A stretch of DNA of 64,000 bases from Selaginella moellendorffii (taxonomy: Eukaryota > Plantae > Lycopodiophyta): assembly GCF_000143415.4 (NCBI RefSeq), contig NW_003314296.1:1153858-1217857 (forward strand), read 5' to 3'. The notes under the pieces are model-generated. The model searched no databases. It had not been told where the DNA came from and was given only the letters and a program-made list of their open reading frames with translations. How positions within the stretch are numbered: the stretch's first letter is position 1; every line of letters begins with the position of its first letter. The position numbers were made by a program, and so were the translations under genes. Shown here piece after piece: positions 51,220-64,000 of this stretch.

Positions 51220-53326
51220 TCAATACGAAGCTTGCAATGGTTGCAATTGTCCCAAGAGTTTAGTGTCGACTCCAGAGTCACGAACCAGAGCTAATCGACC
51301 AGTTCTCGCAACCTGTGAACGAGAAAACTTAGAACTACGGTTCTCTAGAAACACTGTTAATACCTCGAGGATTCCATAAGGCTCTAGCAAGTGCTGAAGA
51401 GCAGCCATTTTCTCGAGATCTCCCGTCAACTAGAGCGCAAGTTTTAGCTTCTACGTGCACAGGTAAGCGAGCGAGTACCTCTAGTGTGATGCTTCGATTC
51501 GATAAATCCACTATTTTGGCACGGAAAACGTTGGCTATGTCGAGTATATCGCGCCGCGCGGATGGCAAAGCCGAGATTTTTATCAGCATTAGCTCTCGTT
51601 GTGCAAATGGTAAATGCGTGATGTCTTGGACCTGTTCGCGTTTTAAGACTGGATGATCCGAAAAAAAATTTGCTTTTGCTACTTGCCTGAACAACATCGA
51701 TGAGCTTGGAAAGTTGATGAAGAAGCTTTCGAATGGACTCGTCTGTGCCAGGTACCACGGTCGTGATGCGCGAGATGCCTTGCCTTTCGGACAAGCCAAC
51801 AGCCAGGCTCTAGAAGATCATAAAAACCAAGAGCGAAGTTCATAGCTAAGAAAAAACACGAAAGGAGTACCTGGATGTTATAACCCCGTCTGGCAAACAC
51901 ACCAGTCACACGATTCAAAACTCCAGGAGCATCGTTCACCACCATTGATAACGTGTGCGACATATAACCATTCGGCTGCAATGAGAAAGAAAGCGGTTTA
52001 AATGAAAACCAAGAGAAAAACACAATACTTCTGCCGCTTCAACGTCTCCCCAATCAGGATCTAAAACTTGGTGAGACCAAACGCCCTCGTCATCAGACTC
52101 AACAGCGTAAACATCACCCTTTGAAAGCACAAAACCAAAAGAAAACATTACTGCTTGCGAAAGAAGTACACAGAGCCTACCTCTGCGCTTGAGCTTGTCA
52201 CGGGAATGTGTGTCACAACTTTCTCAGATGCCTGCTTTTCCAAATCGGACACTTTGGTAAGCGAGCTCACACTCGTCGCTTGCGGTAGAATTGGGGGTGC
52301 CACCACCTCTTCCGACTTGTCTCGGAGCAAAGATATCTGGGATAAAAAAACCGATAGCTAAAATGAAGAACCAATCTCCATTACCTTTCCAGTTCTTGCG
52401 AGCTCTTTGATCCCAAACTTGGTCATTCTTCGTTCTAGAGAGGCTAGCTTGCCAGCATCTCCTGTCACCTACAGACATGCCGTAAGAGAGATTTTCACAA
52501 CGCTACAAACCAAACAAACCTCCAGAGTTAGAGAATCCTCGGCCACATCTACTACTCGCGCTCGGAAGATATCGACAAGACCAAGCACCTATAACTTTTC
52601 GTTGTTAAAGTGTGAGCTCAAAAAAAAAACAAAAAAGGAAGAAGAAAAAAAAATGCGTACCTCGGTTCTTTGAGCAGCAGGAACGTTTACTTTTAACAAC
52701 ATGAGTTCTCGTTCTACTCTTGGTTTCTTCGACAAATCCTCAACCTGAAAGAAAGCCCAACCTTGAAACACAAAAAGAAAAAAAGAGAAAACAGGAAAGA
52801 GATGGCACCTTTCGGACATTAACAAGCTTATATAGCTGCTTCATCACTTGCTGCAGAACACGATCGGTCCCAGAGACAACGATCGTAAAGAGTGCCTTGT
52901 CGCGGTTAAGTCCCACTGCCAGAGACTCTATATTGTATCCCCGACGTGAGAAAACTCCAGCGATTCGATTGATCATTCCACTCTCGTCGCCCACAAACAC
53001 TGATATGGTGTAGCGTTGGATCCTTAGCATGCAAGGAAAAAAAAACATAGAAGAAGAAATTGAAATTTCCAGAGAAGAGAAGATCCTTACAGAGGAGGAG
53101 CTCTCGGAGGAGGCGCGTTGGGAATTTGCGCCGCCGCCGATGGCTCGATGACTCGCGAGGCAGCGCCGCACCGAGCGATGCAAAGTCTGCTGCGATTGCT
53201 CGCGCTCCATGAGAGATCGCTGGAATCGCAGCCGCCGAGATTCTTGAGGAAGGAGATTCTAGAAATGCCGCCGGTGAGCGGCAGCATTGCCGCATTCCAA
53301 GACGCCGCATGCGCCAGTGATGCCAT
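51220..53326 (-). CDS. Acetolactate synthase (AHAS) regulatory small subunit, chloroplastic
   Basis: Transit peptide and two ACT repeats ([32 protein letters not shown]; [27 protein letters not shown]). GC-AG intron 51632-51686. Confidence 0.93.
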
Positions 53327-53435
53327 AGGGCTTTGGTTAGGGTTTAGTCATCGGGCCTTTTATTTGAAGCAGAAGATTCCTAAAATATTATATTCTAGAA
53401 TATTCTCCAATCTAACGGTTGTAATTAGAAGAAAC

Positions 53436-56400
53436 TCACATTCTTGCTCGTTTGAGCTCCAATCGGGCGATGGTTTGGAGATGGACATCGTCTGGACCGT
53501 CCGCGATTCTCAGCGTTCTTGCTGCTGCCCACAAGTGCGCAAGCACCGTGTCTGAGCTTACTCCAGCTCCACCGTGAACTTGGATCGCGGAGTCCAGAAC
53601 TTTGAGAGCAACTCTGGGAGCAGCGACCTGAAACACACATTTCATCAGTCCGGAAGCTATGATCTTATCAACAACACTGCCTTACTTTTGCCATTGCAAG
53701 AGCGCCCCGTGCAACCTTTGCTCCGTGATTGTCAAGCTCGTTGGCCGCGTGAAGGACTAGCAGTCTCGTTTGTGTGATCTCCAGGCGACACTGCTCACAA
53801 GAGAGCTCAGTCTGGAAAAAAAACGACGTGAAAAGCTTACCTGGGAAACCTCCGAAGAGAACGCTCCTTGTTGAGCAATGAGCTTTCCAAACACCTTTCG
53901 TTGCAACGCTCTGTGAACCATCAGCTCCAAAGCTCGCTCAGCGGATCCGATCAAGCGCATGCAATGGTGGAGTCGTCCCGGCCCAAGTCTTCCCTGTGAG
54001 AATAAATGTTTTTAGACATGAATAAACTTCTTAGGAGGAATCAATACCTGGGCAATCTCGAAACCACGTCCTTCGGCCCATAGGATGTTCGTCGCAGGAA
54101 CTTTCACGTCTTTGAAAAGCACCTCGGCATGTCCATGCGGGGCATCGTCGTAGCCAAAGACTGTTAGCGGTCGTATGATTTCTACGCCAGGAGTTTTAAT
54201 GTCCACGAGGATCATAGACTGTTGTTTGTGCAAGAGCGCATTGACATCAGTCTTTCCCTGTTAACAGAAGAAAGCACAGAAAACTTAAGACTAGCAAAAT
54301 GAAGGTCGTACTAACCATGACTATCAAAATGCGACATCTAGGATCCATAGCTCCGCTTGTCCACCACTTTCGTCCATTGATGATATAATGTTCTCCATCC
54401 CTGGAGTTTAATGGTTCAAGTATAAAACAAAACATGCAACTTCAGAAAAAGAACCTTGTTATTTTGCACTCGATATTCGTCGCGTCCGAAGAAGCAACAT
54501 TAGGCTCTGTCATGGCAAAAGCTGACCGTATTTCTCCCTTGAGAAGAGGTTTTAGCCATGTCTTTTGCTGCTCTGGACTGCCGTATCGTAACAAAACCTG
54601 CAAAAACCTCGGTCACGTTTCTCTCTGTCGGAATTTAAGATTGCTAGTCACCTCCATATTCCCAGTGTCGGGAGCGCTGCAATTGAAGACTTCAGGAGCC
54701 CATACCGAGCGTCCCATTATTTCGCAGAGGTGTCCATACTCGAGGTTGCTGAGGCCCGCGCCAACTAGCCTGTCAAAGTTTTGAGCGTCGTCCGTGTCAA
54801 ACAAGATTTTGGAGGCCATTGCTGCACTGTCGGCCTGGAAAATCCGTAAGAAACATTGCAAAGGAAAATAAAAAACGCCACACTTACTGGGATCCACAGA
54901 TTCCAAAGGCCCTCGGCTTGAGCACGATGTTTTAGCTCTTCTTGCAGCGGGTGGACAGTCCACCTCTTTTCCGTCTTCGCATGAGCGGATAGAAGTTCCT
55001 CGTTTGGGTAAATGTATTTTTCCATGAAAGTCGCAAGTTGTTCTTTAAGCCGTAAAACTCTGGACGACGGAGAAAGACCTGGATGCTTGTTCCCTGTCAT
55101 ACAAAAACAGGCTCTTAAGAAGATAGGAAGTACGAAATAGAAAGGACGACTAACCAATTTTCGCAAATGAAGGTGGAACATCAGAAATAATAGGTCCACC
55201 ATTGATCAGCTCAAGTGCACATGACGCTAGATAACAAGCAAACTTGCCACTAGATTCTGCACGTTTCCCTCCCGAAGCATTTCCCTTCAACAATAATCAA
55301 CCCAAAGTCGGTTTTTTTAAAACAAATTTGAAAGAACTTACAAGCAAAAACCGATTATACACGCCTGCAGAAATTGCAGCAAGCCTGAAAAGAGACAGAG
55401 CTAGATAAAACTTCCAGTTAGGCCCAGGCCATGATGCTCCCTGAGTTTTAAACAACCATTAGACCAAAACAAAACAAAGATATGACTTACTCCTTCGGCA
55501 CAATAGGTAGCAACAAACTCCTCTTGTGTGGGTAGACCATCGGAGGGAGCCCCTTTGTCAAAGCCATAGTAGCCCGGACCGCCGCTCTTGACGTTGTCTA
55601 TAACATATGGCTGCTGCACCGATGTTTTCAGTGATCCAACTAGTAACAATCAGCAAAAACGTACCATACAATTATAGGCAACATCGGACATTCTGTTTCC
55701 GAGAGTCGAAAGTTCCCAGTCTAAAACCGCCAGGACGCGAGCCTGAAGTATTCACGATGAACGACGAACATAAAACAGAGTGATGAACAAACCTCAGTTG
55801 GATGGAAAACTAGATTGTCGATTTTATAATCCCCGTGAACTATTCCCCCACAGTCTCTCCGAGCATCCTCAGCTGGCACGTTACTTCTCAGCCACCTTGT
55901 AAGCTTCAGCATGGAAGGGTCCGCGGGTGGCTTTCCTTCAGCCGTGGACGCAGCATATTGCGATGCCCACCTCTCAATCTAAATGACGAGTAGAAAGCTT
56001 GGAGTCGAGCGACGAAGAACAAAACCAAAGCCATACCTGTCGCTTACAGTAGTTTTCGAGACGCCCAAACTTTCCCAGGCCGACACGATCGACGTCAATT
56101 TTGTGAATAGCAGCAAGCGTTTTAGCCATGGCCTGGTAAACTTCCTTTCGTTCTTCAGGCTTGACGCTCTGGATGATCCAACACGAAGTGGTAGTCAGTC
56201 CAACATATAGATTTTACCTTCAGTCCAGGATCAAGGAAAACGCGGCCTTCGACATAGTCCATAACGTAGAATGGCGTGCCAATGACACTCGGATCGTTGC
56301 AAAGGCAAAAGACTCTGGGAACTGGCACAGTTCCTTCTTTTCCAAGAGCAGCCAAAACCTTCGAGACGAAGAGAAAATCAAAGATAGAAACCATGAACTA

Positions 56401-56734
56401 GCTATGAACAGGCACCTGGTATTCGCGCTCCACAGCGTGTGCCGACTGGAGCAATTTCCCAGGAGGCTTTTTGCGAAGAACATAGAACTTCACAGCATTG
56501 CCACCCTCGGCTTTTAACCGATAAGTAGGATTGGATTGCCCGTGTCCAAACTAAAAGAACGATCACCACACCAGGAAGAAGAAATTCAGTGATTTTTACC
56601 TGGGAGACTGTGAGCTTCGCCGGCCGCGGTGGAAATCCTTCCACCGATCGGTGGAGATAATCCAGCAGCGAAATCTCGTCCAATCTGTGAGCTTCTTGCA
56701 CCGATTCGATCATGTCGGATGTCATCGACGCCAT
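53436..56734 (-). CDS. IBR3: Acyl-CoA dehydrogenase with N-terminal APH domain (IBR3/ACAD10-11-like), peroxisomal
   Basis: [61 protein letters not shown]; C-terminal ARM (PTS1-like). Confidence 0.9.
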
Positions 56735-56940
56735 CGCCGCTGGATCGCACTCAATGCAAGAGCTAATCGCTAAGCTGAGCTGCTAGCCACGGCGATCGCG
56801 AATGTTGCGAAAAACCCTAGCTAGCTATCATGACTTCTGTGCAGCCCATTCTATTTCCAAATTTCCTTTTATCTTATTCAATAAGAATAATAGTATTAAA
56901 CTAGGATTGAGCTAGGGTTTTTGGTTAGGGCTTGTGCTCC
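56735..56940. promoter_or_regulatory. Bidirectional promoter IBR3/LCMT1 with two opposed telo-boxes
   Basis: AAACCCTA at 56812-56819; TAGGGTTT at 56913-56920. Confidence 0.6.
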
Positions 56941-59039
<2,099 letters not shown>

Positions 59040-59289
59040 CTGACAATGGTGTCTATATCCCTGTGATGAATTTACTCCCGAGAGATTGTGTTCTTGTGCT
59101 AGAAATTGAGTAGAAGAGGTCGCAATATCTTTGTCATGTTTCACAAGGGTCATACGGAACTACCGAAGAGGCTGTACAAAAGCAATAGATTCGAATTTAT
59201 AAGCACGAGTATCATGCCTTTTGTCTAGCACTAGAAACTTGCTTTTTTAAAACCCTCGTTGGGGAGGGCTAGAGCGCGATGCCTCTTGG

Positions 59290-60833
59290 ATGATGCTGGT
59301 GAGCGTAGCGTGGCCTTCCTCTCGATTAGATCTATCGCGCATCGCGCTGTTCGCCATCGTCAGCTCGCCTCCAGGTAGAAATCTCTATCTCGATATCGTT
59401 CTCCGGATTGAAATATTGCCCGATTCTCGTGAATTTCTTGTTCCTGCCGTGTTTTCTCGGATCTCTCATTGAATCGATGGCGAAATCTTGCAGCGAATCG
59501 AGTGTTGCTTCCAAGAGCGCGTCACACAGCACCGAAAAAGATCACGCATCGGACGCTGTGTGTGACGAGCTCGGCAATACCGCTCGCGGAGCATTCTTCT
59601 CTGGGAGTGGCGCCTCTGCCGATCGAAGACGAGGTTTCCACACAGGACGACGTCTTGAAATCACACCAAGGATCGTCCGACTCCATTGTTTTTCGCGTCC
59701 ACGAGGATAGGTACAATGGAGTCATCGTTGATCCCGACAGCCTACCAGCCGATGTTCCAACTTTCGTTGATCGATTGGAGAGATCTCTTGCATCTTGGCG
59801 AGAGAAGGTCTGGTTTACATTCTTTGTCTAGTGTTTGTCTAGCTATCTCACGCTTGAATTTTTCAGCAAAAAAGAGGTGTTTGGCTCAAGTTGCCCATAG
59901 AGAAATCCAATCTCGTTCCACACGCGATTGAGGTACTTTTGCTTCTTAAACATTGTTCTATGTTTTCTTAGAGGCTGGACAGGCAGGATTTAGATACCAC
60001 CATGCGGAGCCAACGTATTTGATGCTCACGCACTGGCTTGCCGATTCTCCCTGCACGCTGCCAGCGAATGCCTCACACCAAGTTGGAATTGGAGCATTCG
60101 TCGTGAACGACAGAGACGAGGTAAGGACTCGCCTTTTTAGCAATACTCATCGGTGTTCTCGCAGGTTCTCGCGGTCCAGGAGAAAAATGGACCGCTGAAA
60201 GGCACAGGGATTTGGAAAATGCCCACAGGATTGATCAACCAGGTGTAGAAAGCTAGTCTTTTTTTTGGTCTCTATCAGATAGTAAACGTTTTCCGTCTTG
60301 TTTAATTACAGGCCGAGGACATTTTTGCGGGTGCTATACGAGAAGTCAAAGAAGAAACTGGGGTAATGCTTTGAAATTGCAGTCATGGTTGTGAATGACA
60401 CGGCTTTTTCTTTGGTATTTCTTGACAAATCTTCCAGATCGACACGGAGTTCGTAGAAGTCGTGGGTTTTAGGCAGGGTCATCACGTGGCCTTCGAGAAG
60501 TCGGACTTGTTCTTCGTGTGCGTTCTTAGACCTCTCTCGTCGCAGATAACCAAGCAAGACTCGGAAATCGAGGATGCCAAGGTAAGATCATAAATCTCTA
60601 CTCCAGAAAGAAATGTTCTAACATAACTGATCGATCTGCAGTGGATGCCATTGTCAGAATTTGGAGCCCAGGATTTCTTCCAGAGCCGGAGCATGCTCAA
60701 GAAGATCCTGGAAGTTTGCATCGCGAGCAAAGAGAAACAGTACAGTGGCTTTGGCTCGCGGGCGATGAGCACGGGCTTTCAGCGCAAACTCTCCCACTTC
60801 TACTTCAATACCGCCCAAATGGGCAAGCTTTAA
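59290..60833 (+). CDS. Nudix hydrolase (NUDT2/8-like, NADH/ADP-ribose family) with a putative transit peptide
   Basis: EDRYNGV, GFRYHHAE..YLML..W, PANASHQVGIGAFV, Nudix box GLINQAEDIFAGAIREVKEETG, KSDLFFVC. Confidence 0.9.
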
Positions 60834-60967
60834 AAATTTGTAAATATTCGTAGAATATGCTAGTGCTTCGCGGGCATAAGCTCCACCGTCGATTTAAGAT
60901 CTAGTCAGGCTAGGTTTATTTAGGGCTCTTGGCATTGACGATGGGAACGTGAGGAGTCCGGTCCACA

Positions 60968-63141
60968 ATGCGCGCGCTACGACGCCTCCAGTGCTCGGCA
61001 TTGCATTCCAGGGCATGGAGTAGGGCTGGATCGGGAAGCTACTCGCCGCCTTGGTATCCAGTAGCAGAGAATTCGTATCGCATTCGATCTTTCTGCTCGG
61101 GCGCCGATCGAGGATTATTGCACGGCACTAGGCTTAGATCGTACTGGCAGCAGCAGCGCCATAGATCGTGGAGTTTTGCTGCCGCGGCGCTCGTCGCAGT
61201 AAGGTAAGATCTATCTCTCCCTCTCTGTGCTTCATTTTAGAAGTCTCACAAGGATTTTCTTGCCAGTGCTGTAGGCCTTGCGATTGCGATCAGTGACGGT
61301 GTGTTGAATCCGCCGCTGGCTGTGGCTCAAGACAAAAATACTGGTAAAAAGAAGAAGATCGTGATACTTGGCACTGGCTGGGCAGGTGTCAGTCTCTTGA
61401 AAGATTTGGATGACAAGCAATACGACGTGGTTGTCATCTCGCCCAGGAACTATTTTGTTTTCACGCCCTTGCTGCCTAGCGTCACTGCTGGAACTTTGGA
61501 ACCACGGAGCATTACGGAGCCTGTTCGAAGAATAGTTGTGAGTATACTAGCGTTGTTTCTTATGTTTCTTTTCTTTTTTCTTGGCCTTATCATTTTCTTC
61601 TTGGCTGCGTTACGTACAGGCACACCGAAATGTTATGTATTGTGAAGCAGAATGCACGAACATCGACCACGTCACAAAGACTGTAACGTGCGTAGATTGT
61701 GCTGAAACGAAACCGTCGAGGCCTCACGTTGAGTTTAAGATAGACTACGACTATCTGGTCATTGCGGTGGGCTGCCAGACGAACACCTTTGGGACGCCTG
61801 GAGTTGCCGAGAACTGCCATTTCTTGAAGGTATGGACCTGGATAGTTTTTGGAGTTGACGCTTCAAATACTTTGCAGGAGGTTGAGGATGCCGAGAGAAT
61901 ACATCAAAACGTGGTGGATTGCTTTGAAAGTGCCAGCATTCCCACTCTGTCGGACGCCGAGCGTCGAGCGCGGCTCAACTTTGTTGTTGTTGGAGGGGGC
62001 CCGACTGGCGTGGAGTTTGCAGCGGAGTTGTATGACCTTGTGTACGAGGATTTGGTGGACCTTTACCCTGTTACTCGTGATGCAGTCTCTATAACTCTGA
62101 TACAGTCGGGAGATCACATACTAAACATGTAAGTTCTTTGCATTCTGTTGATGTTGCATCTTTAACTCCTTTATTGTCTACCTTGCGACAGGTTCGATGA
62201 ACGCATTAGTAAATATGCGGAAGACAAGTTTAAACGAGATGGAATAAACGTTCAAACAAACTGCCACGTTAATGCAGTAAAGGAAAATGAAGTAGAGACG
62301 ACAGAAAAGAAATCCGGACAAACTGTTATGATTCCTTTCAGCTTGGCTGTTTGGTCGACGGGCATTGGAACACGACCATTGATCAGGAAGTTTATGGAGC
62401 AAGTTGGACAGGTATAAGAAGTTTTAATTCTTCGCTGGTTTGATTGTTGTTGCATTTTGATAAATTTACAGAAGAACAGGCGGGTTTTGGCTACCGACGA
62501 GTGGCTTAGAGTAAGAGGTTGCGAAGGAGTGTTTGCAGTAGGAGACTGTGCTACCATTGAGCAGCGAAAGATCATGGTTTGATGCTTTAAGTTTTGTTTC
62601 TCCGCTAAGGCGTTTGCTGAAACTACCTTGTGGGCTTTGCAGGAAGACATAACGTACATATTTAAACTGGCTGACAAAGATCAAAACGGCATCCTGTCAC
62701 TAGAGGAGTTCAAAGAAGCAATGGAAACCATAAGGGGAAGATATCCTCAAATAGATATGTACCTCAAGAGCCACCACCTCGCCAACACTATGAGCCTACT
62801 GCACGAGGCAAAGCAGCTCGGTCAGGAATCTGAAGTGGAGCTCGACATTGACAAGTTTAAGCAGGCACTTGCTCAAGTCGATTCCGAGACGAAACTCCTT
62901 CCCGCCACTGCTCAGGTACCAATTTGTGTTTTTCTTTCTTTGTGCTTTTTCAAGAGTTGAATCGTGCGTGGTATGCATAGGTTGCAGCACAACAAGGGAC
63001 TTACTTGGCGCGCTGTTTCAACGACATGGATTACTGCGAGGAGCACCCAGAGGGACCAGTTCGCGTCCGAGCGTCTGGGCGTCACAGATTTCAACCATTC
63101 AGGTACCACAGCTCTCGTTGTTTCCTTTTGTTTTAGACTCA

Positions 63142-63174
<33 letters not shown>

Positions 63175-63464
63175 CTTACAACAGATACAAGCATTTCGGG
63201 ATGTTTGCGCCTCTTGGTGGCGAAGAAGCGGCGGCGGAGTTGCCAGGGGATTGGGTTTCAATCGGTCGAAGCAGTATGTGGCTTTGGTACTCGGTGTATC
63301 TCAGGTACTTCGTTTCCTACGCACCCGAAATCTTCTCGTTTCTCATTCTTTCTCGTGTGAAATTTGTGGAAAACAGCAAGCAAGTCAGCTGGAGGACTAG
63401 ATTTGTTGTTCTTTTCGATTGGACAAAGCGGTTTGTTTTTGGAAGAGATTCGACTCGTATTTAA
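60968..63464 (+). CDS. External alternative NAD(P)H dehydrogenase, NDB1-type (EF-hand)
   Basis: [40 protein letters not shown]-hand [30 protein letters not shown]. Confidence 0.92.
63142..63174. repeat. Intronic (CT)n(CG)n compound microsatellite
   Basis: Direct reading. Confidence 0.9.
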
Positions 63465-63539
63465 GCCGTCAAGCTTCACTTGTTTATAAACATTCTAATT
63501 TGTACCGTGAATATAGCCATTCGTTATTGTTATAGATGT

Positions 63540-63740
63540 TTGAAATCCGTTCCTTCTTCTTACGTTCCATTTGCTTACAAGCTCTTCGTGGATCTTGGTC
63601 ACCGACTCCAAGCAGTCCTGGTTGATGAGGAGCGTGATGTGGGTGATGCCTCTGGAGGTGAGCTTGGAGCAGAGGTTGAGCATGGGAATTACGTGGCCAA
63701 GCAGTGGATGTGAAAATACAAGGATGTGCTTGTATTGAGA
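63540..63740 (-). pseudogene. Orphan N-terminal fragment of a UDP-glycosyltransferase
   Basis: KHILVFSHPLLGHVIPMLNLCSKLTSRGITHITLL matches the family-1 UGT N-terminal motif. No start codon and no PSPG box. Confidence 0.65.
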
Positions 63741-64000
63741 AGGTCAAGATTTTGAAATTTCTATAATTCTTGTTTCTTTCATTTCATCAGATCATCAAAT
63801 GTTTTCGTGCCAAAGCAGGAAAAAAAAGCATGAATGAAAGCTTTTTCTGCCAAACCGTTTGTTTCATGGAGAAAATCATTTTAATAATCAAGCAAAAGAT
63901 TAATTATATAATTGTGCATTCCCCTCATTCAAGGTAAAATGTCCATTATGGTTGGGACGTTTGATTAGTTAGCATTGTTCTTTTCGTGTTTGTGCCCTCC

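Overview
Compact, gene-dense land-plant nuclear DNA. Introns are mostly 45-70 nt GT-AG, intergenic gaps are ~50-400 bp and promoters carry telo-boxes. This architecture suggests the lycophyte Selaginella, which is inference only. Conserved genes: Expp1-like, spastin, NBS1, Raf-like C7 kinase, MTM1 carrier, DUF1308, PLATZ, BRCT protein, RH28/DDX27, MON2, RLP24, AHAS small subunit, IBR3, LCMT1, Nudix and NDB-type dehydrogenase. Two TE-rich accessory islands interrupt them. Island 1 (~1.2-9.5 kb) holds two secreted cyanovirin-N-homology (CVNH) lectin genes flanking a decayed Helitron, a gypsy remnant and captured gene fragments. Island 2 (~28.4-43.1 kb) holds a full-length decayed chromoviral gypsy element with ~100-bp LTRs and a TCCAG TSD, an atypical thaumatin-like gene, an orphan gene with an internally duplicated novel domain and a Pin-II protease inhibitor. 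Features the ORF track does not show: five box C/D snoRNAs in intron 1 of LCMT1, a U12 AT-AC intron, a tRNA-Ile(AAT) with a D-stem deletion, and a 5 x 16-bp TGACGTGGC array upstream of NBS1. All family assignments come from motif recognition by eye; no searches were run.
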